64,000 nucleotides of DNA from Eledone cirrhosa (taxonomy: Eukaryota): positions 344,286,001 to 344,350,000 of the forward strand of contig OZ024740.1 of assembly GCA_964016885.1 (NCBI GenBank). The letters are read 5' to 3'. A program made the position numbers and the translations under genes. Shown here in pieces: positions 13,701 through 27,914 of this stretch (positions are counted from its first letter, which is position 1; every line of letters starts with the position of its first letter). Under the pieces are notes generated by a model. That model ran no database searches. It saw only the letters and a list, made by a program, of their open reading frames with translations, and was not told where the DNA came from.

Positions 13701-14320
13701 CACTACAGGTATGCTCCACCGAAATGGTTTCCAAGTAATTTCCGTCTACTTCATTTCACTCACAAATGTTACATTGATCCAAAGCTATAGTTAAAAATAG
13801 TTTACAAATATGGCTGATATTAGAATAGAAACCAAAAAGTCAGGTTTGTAAAGTGAACATCTTAAACATTTGGTTATATGCATCCATCAAATAAGGATAT
13901 AATTAATATGTATGTCGCTAATTAGAAGTCATTTTAGAACATCTTAATAGTTGATCTTACATCTGGTTCTATTTCACCTATGGTTATAGTTATATGATTG
14001 TGCAGTTTGATGAAGGGGCAGAGGTGAGGGAGAGGGGACGTAGGAAGTAAGAAAGTAGGGATGACGAGGAGGAGGTGGAGAAGGTGAAATAGAAGAAGGA
14101 GAAGAAGAAGAATATAGAAGGAATGTGGAGGATGAGGAACACTAGCTGAAGGGGAATGTGCACAGAAACCATCACACAACAAAACAAAAATAATGCAGAA
14201 AGAGCCAACAGATTTCATCGGAGATACTATGAAGGACATCGGCATAATCAGTGAATTCTTGATATAAATACCTTTATTATAATCGTAGTCAGCATCATCA
14301 TGTACATAGTCATAATCATC

Positions 14321-14558
14321 GGGGATTGGCAGTATCGGTAGAGGGTCTGACAACATGCTTTGCAGTATTGAGTTACGGCCCTTCACGTTCTGAGTTCGAA
14401 TCTCGCCGAGGTTAACTTTGCCTTTCATCCTTACAGGGTCGATAAAATAAAGCACCAGTAATGTACTGGGATAATTGTCGGCTTTGTGCCAATAAAATAA
14501 AGCACCAGTAATAAACTGGCATAGTTGCTGGCCTTGAGCGAATAGTAGATACAATTAT
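14321..14558 (+). mobile_element. tRNA-derived SINE (family A) with duplicated 3' portion
   Basis: Consensus match; ataaaataaagcaccagtaat occurs twice. Confidence 0.85.
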
Positions 14559-15682
14559 TATCCTCCTCATGTTCATAATCATCAACATTATTGTCACCAA
14601 CAGAAACAACTTCAGTATCATCTTTAACTAGACCAAAATTATCATCGACATCCTCACCACATCCAGCACTCTCATCAGCATGATTATCATCAACTTAATC
14701 CCCACTGCGACGCCTACTATCATCCTCAACCATCACTGTTATCATGAGTATCATTATCGTCATCATAATCTCAATCACAATCATCATCATCGTAATGAGA
14801 ATACATCCACTCCTCTATCTCTCAAAGCAAAGAACCATACACCTGTATTTCAGACAATTTCCATCTAGCAAGCAAACAAACAGCAGTAACAACAACAACA
14901 GAAGCAACAATGACAACATATCAACAATGAAGTTATATAACTCAGGTCTTGGAAGGTTAATCAACGAACTACAAAACTGACAAAGAAGGTCGAGATTACA
15001 CATTAACGTGTGGTTCTTGACATAATATTTAGACACACTAAATCACATATATAAACATCAGATTTTCTTAAATGAAATGTCTATCTTTTGTAATTGGCAC
15101 TTGAGCATTATATGACAAAAAAATTATATATATGTATATAAGACAGTATATAGAGAAAAATACACAAAGAGGTATGTGTTCAGTTATAGGGATAGAATAC
15201 CACCAGAGTGAAAATCATATTGTTTAAAAACGGAATGGAGAATACATATCAATTAAAAGAATAAATTAAAGTGTACAGACCATTCGTTTATAATTATATC
15301 TCCTGGACATACGGTAAGCATGTTTCGCCACAAATAAAGTGTAGAATCATACCGTTGACGGTTTATCAACAGGAGGATCAAACAATACGATCAACACTTC
15401 TAAAAATATATCTGACAACTAGCAAACACACATGGTGCAAAGAGAAAGCATGCGCGCTACACATCACATGGTGGTCTGACTGGACCAAAAGACCGCTAAA
15501 AACAGCAGCCGAGCACCATTCAACTTCATACAGAAATGAATAAGAGTCAATATATCAAATTAAAAAAACCACAATTAAAGAACCACAATAATCCCCTATA
15601 ATCTAATGAATTCATGGGATAGATAGATACCGGGCTCTATATAAGACAGTATTTTTCTCTATTAATTGTAATTAATTGTAAT

Positions 15683-15865
15683 TGAGAAAATATGGCATGT
15701 TAAGGCCTATACAATATCAGTAATAACTGACGCACTGGAAATGATAAAAAAAGGGAACTGAAAAGTATTTAGACCGGATAACTTGAAAGCCGCTTCCGCA
15801 TGAGATACAGAAAACGGTGTTGACTGGTACTGTCCATATCATGAGAAGGGCATTATCAGTTGAAA
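15683..15865 (+). mobile_element. R4/Dong-type endonuclease C-terminal remnant
   Basis: EKIWHVKAYTISVITDALEMIKKGTEKYL..HEIQKTVLTGTVHIMRRALS matches the usual xWxxKxxxxPVIVGALG..EIQK..L.GT.HILR end; decayed upstream sequence may extend to about 14900. Confidence 0.65.
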
Positions 15866-16019
15866 TCATTGCAACGATATTACCTGATGTTTGTGATTTT
15901 GTGGCATCATTTGTATGACAATAGTTTGTAATAAGTGTGCATTGTTAAATTTTGCTTCAAGTGTCAGAGTGACACTCGGCATCATATGGGAAGGAAGAAG
16001 AATTCAAAGGAAGTTTCAA

Positions 16020-16447
16020 ATAATTGTTTCTACTTTAGGCACAAGGCCAGCAATTAATCAGTGCATTACTGGTACTTTATTTCATCGACCCCGTAAGAAT
16101 GAAAGGCAATGTCAACCTCGGCGGGATTTGAACCCATATCGTAACGGGACGTATCTCTATGCTTCAAAGCATGGCGTCCGACCCTCTACCGATACTGCCA
16201 ATCCACCGAATATAATATAATATAATATAATGGTTTCTTATATAGGCACAAGGCCAGTAATTTTTTTTTTTGGGGGGGGGGGTCGATTAAATTGACCCCA
16301 GTGCGTGACGGGTACTTTATTTTATCGACCCCATAAGGATGAAAGGCAAAGTTAACCTCGGCGGGATTTGAGCTCAGATCATAAAGAACCGTAACTTTAT
16401 GCTGCAAAGCATGGCGTCCGACCCTCTACCGATACTGCCAATCCACA
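16020..16447 (-). mobile_element. Two tandem SINE A copies (16020-16208 short form, 16230-16447 long form)
   Basis: Both match consensus; each abuts an (AATAT)n repeat. Confidence 0.9.
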
Positions 16448-16697
16448 GAATATAATATAATATAATATAATATAATTTAATATGATATAATATGAAATGA
16501 TATATGAAATGATATAATATAATATAACATAATATAATATATTCTTTCATTGAATTATTTAATACCGTTCTTGCGACAACTATAAGATACTATATCTACG
16601 ATGGATATTACGCAGAACGTTGTGTGCTTTGGCTTATTGCATCATAATCTGCTAATCGGAATTACTAGATCTACCCATTAAGTAAACCAACCAACGT

Positions 16698-16791
<94 letters not shown>

Positions 16792-17263
16792 TATATATGT
16801 GTAACTATATATATATATGTGTGTGTGGGGGGAGTTTGGGCGTGTATGGGTGTGTGTGTGTGTGTGTATGTGTGTGCGTGTGTGTGTGTGCGTTTGTATT
16901 TGTGTTAGTGTGTCTATGTGGGGGTGTGTATGTAGTAAATATTTTGCCTGTAAATATGATTAACAACCATTGCTTGAATCCCTGCAGGCTTTGCTGGCTC
17001 ATGGAACCATTGGTTCTAGATGTAGAATCGTGTGAACGAACTATATTAAATGTAATTATATGTGCATGCGCGTGGGTTTGTGTGTGTATATCGGTGTGTC
17101 TGTGTCTATGTGTATGAATGAGAGAATGTTTATGTATATATGGATGTGCATGTGTTGTAATTAGTAAAATCCCAACGGAAGTACCATATATTTTCGGCTG
17201 GTCTGGATGTTTACTGGATTTAACAACCTGAATCTGTACTCACCCGTCTCCATACGACGAACA

Positions 17264-17303
<40 letters not shown>

Positions 17304-17311
17304 TGTTCGTC

Positions 17312-17362
<51 letters not shown>

Positions 17363-17371
17363 CATATATAT

Positions 17372-17448
<77 letters not shown>

Positions 17449-17466
17449 CATATATGAATGTTCGTC

Positions 17467-17505
<39 letters not shown>

Positions 17506-17534
17506 TATATATATATACATACATATATATATAT

Positions 17535-17565
<31 letters not shown>

Positions 17566-17570
17566 CATAT

Positions 17571-17615
<45 letters not shown>

Positions 17616-18097
17616 GAAGTGGTTACACAATAGTTAGTTCACCATACCGAGAACAATTGTTTCACCTTAGCGGATCCTCATATATATTGGCGCTTTTAAG
17701 TTTGTATATGTATGCGTTATAAAAGACAGAATGTAGTGGTCTTTCTATATAAGTATTGGTTATCAGTTAGTCCCGTATACACAATATTCACTTTTAATTA
17801 GAGTATATCTTTGTGCGTTTTTTCCTTCGGACAAGTGTCATATAGGTGCTCTATTCGTTCCCAAAACCTTATCATTTTACGACAATTATATTTTTACAGC
17901 CTTTACACGATACTCATACACGAACACACACACCTTCACACACGTGTGCTCACGAACGGTACATTTGCATACACAAAAACATACAAACGTCCGCACACAC
18001 AGACGTACACCCCACTCACACACACCCACACACACACACTCACACACATACACACTCATACACACATATATATAATATATATATATATATATTATAT

Positions 18098-18158
18098 TGG
18101 AAAGAATCAGGACCCGACGGCTGAGCTCCGGCCGTTTCGAAGCTAGATCCGTACGGAT
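18098..18158 (-). mobile_element. Hammerhead 3'-half repeat, variant of the 2372 family
   Basis: Minus strand atccgtacggat-ctagctt-cGAAAC-GGCc-ggagctc-aGCC-GTC^GGGTCC between TA-rich runs. Confidence 0.6.
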
Positions 18159-18459
18159 AATATATATACATATTACACTAAATTATTTGCAATATTTTCA
18201 TATAATACTCCTGCGTTTAATAAATTGGTGAACTTTATTTTTACTTTTGATCTTTTAAATCACTTTCAGTAATAAACTTTCCTCAGTTAAAATCAAATTT
18301 GTTGGCTCGTGTCAAAAGTGGGAACTTTTATATGTTGGGAAACTAATGCATTTCACATACACACCAAAGAAGAGAAGATTGTAGATTCTATGGTGTGCAA
18401 GATAGAAAGAGAGGCTGAAAGAAGGCGCGAGAATGAGACCCACGGAGTGAGAGAGAGTC

Positions 18460-18493
<34 letters not shown>

Positions 18494-19459
18494 AGAGAAG
18501 GAGAGAGAGAGAGAGAAGGAGAGGGAGAGAGACAGAAAGTTTTAGAGAGAAAGAAAGAGAGGGAGAGAGACAGAGTGAGACAGAAAGTTTTAGAGATAAC
18601 TCCCGTTTCAAAATTTCGATTACCGCTTACCAAATATCCAACACTGAATGAAAAATCTCTCCCATAACCGGTCTTATTTTACCATTGACTTATAGAAGTC
18701 TCTCATATAGAGAAAAACATATACAGCTATGTTCACACGTCACCATACAAGGCACGCACACACATCTATACATGCGCGCATGAACACATAATATATTTAC
18801 TTTAATCTAAAATATCTGTTTTCTTGTCACCGCCTGTCAGATCTATTATCGATTTAGCCATCACTCAAGTCTACAGCGTTTTATATTTGTATTTTCAAAT
18901 TTATTCGTAGTAAAGTCATTGATCAGTATCATAGTAAAACATACACTGACATATATATATATATATATTCAAACACCTCCCTACTCTATTCACATAAGTA
19001 TTTGTGTGTATATGTCAGTAGATGTTTGCTTTTTCCATACGTATATGTTTTTGAATGGTGAACTTATGAGGCAAGGGCTGCGCCCGTGACCTTCAATGTC
19101 ATTCCTAGTCTAATGAGATCGATGTGGCTGATATTCCTTTTAAATAACTGCAGGCCAACAGCTGCAGTAAAAAAAAACATGAACGTTGAGGGATCTACAG
19201 AATTCTGATGCTTGGGAACTGAAGGATTTGTTAAAGTAATGCTCTAGCGTGACGTCGGGGAGACGCACTGTAAACGAGATAAAGTGAGAAGGAGTCTGTT
19301 AGTCAGGTTTGAAACGTTAACAATTCATTTTAGTTCTATGAGCTCTCGACTATAGGTTCCCGACTAACATCATTATGACAATAAGACAGGGTTATGTCTA
19401 GGATGCTCCAATGTGTGTATATATATATATATATAGATATAGATATATAGATATATATA

Positions 19460-19642
19460 CATAGGAGTGTAACTTGGAGTTACTGCAGGTTCACCCGGGT
19501 GAGCACTCGATGTTTAGGTTCACTTCTGACTTTATCACATAGCATGTATTCATTTTCTTATATCATTTTAAAGGGTCCGTCGGGCTGCCGAGTGGCGAAA
19601 CGCGCGTCACCTAACAATAAATGTAATGAAGGAGTAACCAAT
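19460..19642 (+). mobile_element. TA-embedded pLTR-like fragment with degenerate minimal hammerhead (19585-19612)
   Basis: ctgccga-g-tgg-c-GAAA-CGCGCG-TC: palindromic helix III, mutated core; followed by aataaa and a TA run. Confidence 0.4.
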
Positions 19643-19659
19643 CGTTCTTGTTATCCTTT

Positions 19660-19697
<38 letters not shown>

Positions 19698-22607
19698 TTA
19701 TATAGTGAAAAATGGAACGGGAACAAAGCAGAGAGGCAGTAAAAACAAGGAAAGATGGGGCTGCAGGATTTCTGTTTGAGATGAATAAGTAAAATGTGGA
19801 GACATTAATTTGCAGATTATATACATAGTATCTCTAATCTGTGATGAGAGCCATAAATCGTTCGAGGAGGAGCCCTGTTACCTTAATAAAAAAAAAAGAG
19901 GGACACTTTTAGACCTTATTCCATTTTCTCAGTGATTTTTACTTTAAATAGTTGGGAAGGTAAAAATTAGTCAACATATATTTAAATAATGGGAATGTAG
20001 TTATGAAGCGGGAAATATCTCATACACGTCTTTTGCATACTGAAATATAATGTAGAATATCACATAGGCATTACAATGTAGATCAATTGATATTGTAATT
20101 AGTATATAGCCGAACCACTCGTTAAGCTATTTAAATTCTAAGAACAATAGGAAAGGGCAACGGTTCAACTGATCTAACTTTCAATGCGATGTAGATAATG
20201 AAAATGCAATTGATTTAATTTCTAATGTCAAATGGCAAAAGCAACAGATAAAAAAACTTTTTTCTCCATTTTGTTTATTTCCTTTAATCTTGTCAACACA
20301 GTAGAATATTCAAAGATAAAGAAATATAAGGAGATAAAAAAATAAATTGAATTTAATCCTCTTAGAAGCTCCAGTTTATACTTTTGCTACTAACTCAATT
20401 TATGAAAGAACATTTTATGGTTTAAATGGTACGGTAGAGAGACTAAGTGAAATAGACAAAGACAACGCCATTTCTCCCCATAAAAATTATTTTGCCATGC
20501 AGAAATGTACGTATTTCCTTTTCTTAGTGCCTTATTTTAAGTCAAATAGCTTCAATTCATACAACGAATATTTTAATCGTGATAGAGTGAAGGGTCTCAA
20601 CATATTCTCAACATGTTCTCAATTCTTGGAGGAATCAAGAATTCAAATCCTAGGTGCCAAGACTAAGACACAAATCTCTTTGCTAGTGTTTTTATCACTA
20701 GTGTACACTACACATATTTTAGTTAGGAATGCAATTCCAGAGTATTCCCCATGGCAAGTTTGGTAATACTGATTTCATGCGATCAGAGAAAGCGAATGAT
20801 TGCAAAGCCTTTCCTACACAGTATTCATCAGAAAAAATCCGGGATTTACACGCGCGGAAATCGAAATTCACTTCTCTCCTCGTAGGTTCTTCTACTACGT
20901 GCTTTAGGTCCTGTCTCCTAGTAGTTGCACTACTGCGCTCACGGGTCTTATTGAATGAAATTCCGATGCCTTCCCGCGACCTGTGTGTCAATTTTGCAGG
21001 TGTTTTCCTGTGTGCAATACGGCACTCAGGTAAAATCAGAGTTAGATACACTTGATATCAACAAGTCAATAACATTAAGAGCCCTCTCTTTGCTAACATA
21101 TCTCCAATTCGAAAGCCAATCTGTGACTTGAAAATGATAGGAAATATGCCGACGGCGTGTCCTTGTTTCCTTATTAAACACAGCAGGATAATTGTGTAGA
21201 ACTTTACTTGTCATGACCGACTCGACTCCAGTCATATGTCTAATACCTAACCGACTCGCATAAAGACCGGAGGGGACAGAGTAAAGAGTAAATTGTTAAT
21301 GTAATCCAAGATGGGTGCAGAATACGATGTGGCCATATTATGCCTGGAAACAATGCGATTATGAAATATGAAACACTTATATTTTCATCACGGAATAAAC
21401 GTATGCATGAACAGCAGAATAACGAACGAACAAACGTGAGGCAGAATGAGCTTGTGGAATACAATGAATTTATAGATAACTAATGTGTTGAAATCAGAAC
21501 AAAATGCATCAATTAATGGATGGTAGATCATATTAAACAGAAAGATGTTTTGATCGATTGGTTAACAGACGGAAGGAAAGAAAAATGCATATATATATAT
21601 ATATTAATATGTGTAGAAGTAAACACAGTAAACCTGTGTCTAAAATTACGAGGGTAGATTACTTTGAGCTTGTTAATTGCAGGGTATCCATATGAGTTAT
21701 TAACTCTATATTCTAGTTGTATATATATATATAATATATATATATATAATATATATATATATATAATATATATATATATATATCAATAAATGGTTGCTTC
21801 TCTAACGTACTCCTACCTTAATGACCTGTATTCTTTAATGACAAATGTACAGCTAATTGCGTGAAATATATACTGAAGTCTGTCTTGTTCATTACTTGAT
21901 CAGACTTCCATCGAGCTTTTGCGTACTGCTATGAAAGTTTCTGGTTAAAATAGCATTGTCAATTGTATTTGTAAGAAAAAGTCTTAATATTTTTCCAGGA
22001 ATTCGATGGCTTGAAATTAAGAGTTGCAATTTTCTGTAAATCTAAATTCTGGCCCATTATAAGCCTCCTGGAAAATAATGCCATAATCTCTTTGACTTTA
22101 ATATAAAACCAAGATTTTTGTTATATTGTTGGTTACTTTCTCTGAAATTTAGCTGTCTTTATTACAGAAAGAGTGTTTATATATACTGTATATTTATCAC
22201 AATTAAAATATTCTCCCTTTGTATAATATATTTATAATTTAATAGTTATACTATCATTCAATTTATACTTCATTCAATAACTATTATGTGCTGCGTACAC
22301 GTTATATTCAACGCTTATTCTTATCATATAATTTTGAATCGAGGACAATATACCATATATATTTTACATTTACCAACTTCGCAAAACGTGCATCGCTTCT
22401 TTCTATACAATGCATATTTTTCTACAGAGATTTAATTTTATTTTTTTATTGCCTTTTTTTTGGTTTCCGTGTGTTCACATATATTTACTTTAGCCTATGC
22501 TTCCTTTTATGTAATTCTATCCAAATTAAAGCTTCAACAATGTTTTCTTTTCATCATCCAATCAAAAGGTGTAAGTAATTTGGAATATTTTCTATTTAAT
22601 TATAAAT

Positions 22608-22691
<84 letters not shown>

Positions 22692-22951
22692 ATCAAAGGT
22701 ATATATTGAGTTAGGAACTCAAAATAGTATCTTACAATAAAATAGCTCTAAGAAAGAAATTCTGAGCCGTGTATTATAACTGAACATAAAAGAAAAACGA
22801 ACACAGATATATACATATATGCGTTCAAATCGCAAGGGACCAGATTCGCTAAGGTGAAAAGAATACTAACTTTAGACAATAGGGTTTGCCTGTCTCAATT
22901 TAAGAAAAAATCAAGGAAATAAATACAAACCGGAATTATGGTAACTACCAA

Positions 22952-23031
22952 TCACACAGACAGCTTGGTGCTGTTTCGCAATACTAATTAATTGTGAATA
23001 GAAATACCAATTCTTGCTAATCAGTGGGTGA
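22952..23031 (-). ncRNA. Type I hammerhead ribozyme, core-mutated copy (CUGAUUA)
   Basis: Inverted copy of 23291-23370 with G8 changed to U. Confidence 0.75.
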
Positions 23032-23290
23032 CAAATTAGTATCCTAGACACGGAAAAATTTCTTTCTTAGAGCTATTTTATTGTAAGAGACTATTTTGAG
23101 TTCCTAACTCAATATATACCTTTGATATATTCGGCTCGTTAATTTGTTGAGCTATTTCAAATGTCTAATAAACCTGGCTGCTATTTTTAGTGGTGCAACT
23201 TTGTGAGACACGCTAAGACACGTGCGTTATTATGTATGGTAAACTATTCATTTCCTTAATATACTTAGAAGTGTCTAGGATACTAATTTG

Positions 23291-23370
23291 TCACCCACTG
23301 ATGAGCAAGAATTTGTATTTCTATTCACAATTAATTAGTATTGCGAAACAGCACCAAGCTGTCTGTGTGA
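23291..23370 (+). ncRNA. Type I hammerhead ribozyme, complete core
   Basis: TCACCCA-CTGATGA-GCAA..TTGC-GAAA-CAGC-accaa-GCTG-TC^TGTGTGA; helix I 6/7 bp, II 4 bp, III 5 bp; predicted cut after 23363. Confidence 0.9.
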
Positions 23371-23560
23371 TTGGTAGTTACCATAATTCCGGTTTGTATT
23401 TATTTCCTTGATTTTTTCTTAAATTGAGACAGGCAAACCCTATTGTCTATAGTTAGTATTCTTTTCACCTTAGCGAATCTGGTCCCTTGCGATTTGAACA
23501 CATATATGTATATATCTGTGTTCGTTTTTCTTTTATATTCAAATATATATATATATATAA

Positions 23561-23704
<144 letters not shown>

Positions 23705-23860
23705 GGTGTTGGATGCTAAAAGCGTCCGTATGCGGTAGGCTGTATGAGCACTCGCTGCTCTCATAGAGCAGAGTATGATATCGCATATAAAAAGAGAATC
23801 AGTGTTGCGACGAATGGAATTTATTGGACATATTACAATCATTTCTCTGGCGACCATCTC

Positions 23861-23922
23861 GAGGCACGACCGATGTGATGATCGAACCTGACTCTGAAAA
23901 TTGCAAGGTCCTCAGATACGTC
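23861..23922 (-). ncRNA. Possible degenerate hammerhead with GAAAC deleted
   Basis: gacgtat-CTGAGGA-CCT..AGG-tt-CGAT-catcac-ATCG-GTC^gtgcctc; helices I, II and III can be drawn but GAAA is absent. Confidence 0.35.
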
Positions 23923-24487
23923 TTGATTCTACGAAGCAGATTTTCCTATCTCAAGGAAAATTTACTTCTTGTCCGCGTTATTTGTGTTCACATTGAAGGA
24001 TACACATACGGAGGTGCAAGCACACAATAAACCCCTCTGTTACACAAACTCACACATACACATATGTAATATGTATTGTCAAATATACTATTCTACTAGT
24101 CATCGAGGGTTTTCATCTGGCGCGAGTAGTCACCCTTCATATATATACATACATATATATATATGTATATCAAGCGATTAACCAGTTCATTTCTTTGGAT
24201 TTTTAGTTAATTCTATTGACTGATTAATCGCTTAAGTTTATTTTAAAAAACAACTCGGTCCAGAGCTTTATTCGTTTTGTGCTATTTTTGCAAATGTTTG
24301 CAATAACTACACATGCTGAATTCACTGGCCAAAATAGGGGTTTTCTCCCCTTAGAACATCACATGTGCTTTCATAACCTGTGAGATTCTGGACCACGAAG
24401 AACAAAAAGCCTGTTGACAAAGCGATGCCTTGTTCGATCATTATACCAAAAGCTTATTCTTTATAAGCAGACAGTATTATTGATTTA

Positions 24488-24610
24488 CGATCTGAGTTCA
24501 AATCCCGCTGAGGTTGACTTTGCCTTTCATCCTTACGGGGTCGATAAAATAAAGTACCAGTAATGCACTAGGTAATTTGCTGGCCTTGTGCCTAAAGTAG
24601 AAACAATTAT
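24488..24610 (+). mobile_element. SINE A, 5'-truncated
   Basis: Consensus from just before the B-box to the agtagaaacaattat end. Confidence 0.85.
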
Positions 24611-24845
24611 TGATTTAGGTGTTGCAGAAACCCAAATTCGGAGTATTCCATCTTCCCCGAGGGTCCGGGTAACTATTTCAATCATATCTTATTTTGTTTG
24701 ACCCGTTTAGCTTGTTCACTTATTTGGCTCTGGTGGTTAATGGCTTTTTAACCATCGTCTCAGTTTGTATGACCTTTTTAACTTATGTTTATAGCTCTGG
24801 TATCTTCTTCATATCCATGGAGCGGTTGTCTACACATTACGGAAG

Positions 24846-24895
24846 TTGCGTTTCGCTAATTTCTACCGGCCGAAATGCGATTCTTGCTAAATTTA

Positions 24896-24937
<42 letters not shown>

Positions 24938-24991
24938 AATATAAATTCAGCGAGAATCGTATTTCAGCGGGTAGAAATAAGCGAAATGCAA
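24846..24991. repeat. Inverted repeat (about 52-bp arms) around a (TA)n spacer
   Basis: ttgcgtttcgctaatttctacc..aatttata / tataaatt..ggtagaaataagcgaaatgcaa. Confidence 0.85.
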
Positions 24992-27914
24992 TATATATAT
25001 ATATTATATTTTTTCATACAACCTTATCCACCAACAAAATCAAAATTCAACACACCTACGACACATGTCATAACAAACCAAATGAAATTTAAAGTGAAAG
25101 CAAAATCATGTTCCTACCAGAGACGACGTTTTAACGAATGTCTTAGTCCACGCAGCCCCACAGGCAGGATATGAATATACTTTTTCCTAACGCAGACCTT
25201 CCCTCAAAAAACTACAAGCCTTCATCAGACCACAATCACCCTCAATTTTCTGTTTCTAGCGAGTTGTTGCTCCCAGAAAAATCAGTACCTTCTCACCAAT
25301 TCTACAATCACGCTGATTTATGTTTTAATTCTACTTTGTCAATGGCGACACTACACAAATCTTTTAAAATTCCGAACACCGCTATCACCACCAACATTGG
25401 CCCAGTTCTATATGCACTAGCATCAGAATCACCGACGCTACCAGTATCATAACCACTACAACCATCACTAACACCTCCAGATCTCTCTCTACTAAAACTG
25501 ACACAGCCGTTTCCATTCCCATCACTACCATTACATCAGCAGTACATTCAATCTCTTCCGCCATCAACAAAGCGCAATGCCATATTGCTAACGTCACCAT
25601 CACCAGCGTCAACAACACCACCGTCATGAACATTACCAAAAGAACCACCAGCACTATCATAGTTATAATCAACAACAGTATCGTCAACACTGCCAGCATT
25701 GCTAATGCTCCAGGCAAATACTTTTTTCTTTTTTCTTTTGATATTTTTGTTTTAATGTTCTGTTTCTTTTATTTATCTATTTATCTATTTATTTATTTGC
25801 TTTTGATATTCATTGCTCCCTTGACGTGTCGGTTATGTGTCACGTTCTTCTCAGTAACCATTATTGGTCACAGGAATTGGTAAGTGTCCATATAACAGCA
25901 CGGCTTATAGTGGTAGTTTTCATTAACGACCACACGTACTAAGACTTTCAGCCAAAATGGCCTCAGATGTCTGATGACCCATACATTTGAAAGTAATGCG
26001 TTGCCAAACATTTCGCTATAAGTCCCACCCAGGGGTTTATCGCTTCCAACAGAGTGTCTAATGCCCAGCAATTTCAATTGGCTCTCATCCAAACATTATA
26101 TCAAATTGATTAATAATGACAACACTATCAAACTAGCTGAAATGCAATTGGGTTTTCTATATGAATCTTTCTCTGTTAATCATGATGGTCTGATGTAGAT
26201 TTTGTTTTCTTTTACTTTTGATTCTTACTTTATTTTAAAACAATCAGAAATACTTGGACGTACAAAATTCTTAACCTAATCATGGATACTGAAAATTTCG
26301 TCTTAATTTTATAGACTTTTTCAACACTAATTACAATGACAATATATATAAAAGCAAGAGAAAAACATAAAGACGGGTTGATACTTCTTAAAAAAATGCT
26401 TTAGTGTAAAAATTAAAAATTAGGTGAATATTAACGTATTTAGCTGCTTATATACTATGAATTGATTATGTCCACGCTATTTTTAATTTCTATTATTTTT
26501 CATGCAATTGTTTCTCTACATTTTTCTATGTGTGAATAATAGTATTTACTTTCACACAAAATATGCAATCTTGTTTTACTTGTTTTTTGGGGGGACTAAA
26601 TAGGCCACGACCGAACATATTTACTATGAAAGGTCTTCAATTCATAACTGTTTTTTCATATTATCAAGCATAATCTCTCCCATACTATATTATGCAATGT
26701 GCACATTTTAAAGTCAGATTGATGTACTTCGAGCTACCACGCAGATGCTCCATTGTTATTTCGATATATCATTCTGTATATTTATTCATTTATGAATTGA
26801 ATTCTACTTATGCAAATAAGATTCAAGGTTATGTTACGCTGATGTGTTCAGAATAAAAAAAAAAGAAATATGTAAGAACTTAACTCCTATACCGGGAAAA
26901 TGAATATATTATTAAGCGTTATCTATTATTTGTTTTCCGCTCCTCGCATATTTTTATCATGTTAGCTCTAATGTACCATGCATAAAATATTTTAACACTA
27001 TTACTTTTCATATGGATGGCATCTCTGGTTTAGTTAATTTTTTCATAATTTCATCGGCAATCCCGACTCTCAATAGATCGACTACTTTTGTTGTGAATAT
27101 GAACGTTTGAAAGGGAAGAATATGATAATATTGCGTTCCAAGATGAGCAGCGACAGACAACTGAAATAGATATAGCCAAGATTTGAATGTGTACCATAAT
27201 TTCAGCTGGCCATAAGCCAACGTCCTGCTTCACAGCTCTTACCACTCAACTGAAATACATAAACAATACACAATTAAGTATTGAAACTGAATTGGATAGA
27301 TTAAGCTATCGATTGTTGAATTGTCAGCTATTCTGTTACAATATTCAGTCGGTTGAAAAAGAATAGCAAATAAGCTTAATTTCAACTAGAAACCGAAATC
27401 CATCTAACGGAATCGAATTAATATTAATGGATCCAGCGCGACTCAGTTGATTATATTTTTCCAATTTATATCATTAGTTCGATGGAATATATTACTTATT
27501 CGTGAGGACACCGATTTCTATTTACAATATACCGACAGAGATTATCATTAGTTTCCTAGGATCTTACAATTTCACAATTTTTATGTAACTAAATATATTC
27601 CTAGTGAAAACGTCACATTATCACTCTAACAAAAGGACAATATAGAGTTCTTGAATACCTAAGGTATTCAGAAATGTTGGACTTGAACACCTGAAAAATG
27701 TCTTGAATTTATAAAGAATATTGTATAATATACATGCATGATCCCCTAATCCCCTGGGGGAGTCTTTGGGATGCTGTATATACAGAGTTTCTATGGCATT
27801 GTTTAAAACCCGATGGAGCCCATCTCATCTCCAGGATTGAATAAACAGATTTCTTCCAGAGAAGGATAGAATATGAGAGAAAGGAAGTGACAAAGATATA
27901 TAGAGGAAGAATCA

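Larger units (their letters stand above)
22692..23541. mobile_element. Fold-back retrozyme/pLTR-like element between (TA)n arrays
   Basis: Inverted arms 22692-22761/23057-23126 and 22781-23051/23271-23541; one HHR in each long arm; related copy at 30615-31000. Confidence 0.85.

Noticed and set aside
18252-18295. Minus-strand CTGAGGA..ACT-GAAA with a 6-bp helix I
   Set aside because: No UH at the cleavage position; AT-rich chance pairing is likely.
27005-27249. Minus-strand exon-like segment with ttcag acceptor and gtaata donor
   Set aside because: All three frames stop soon after the first acceptor, and the 70-aa ORF resembles nothing I recognise.
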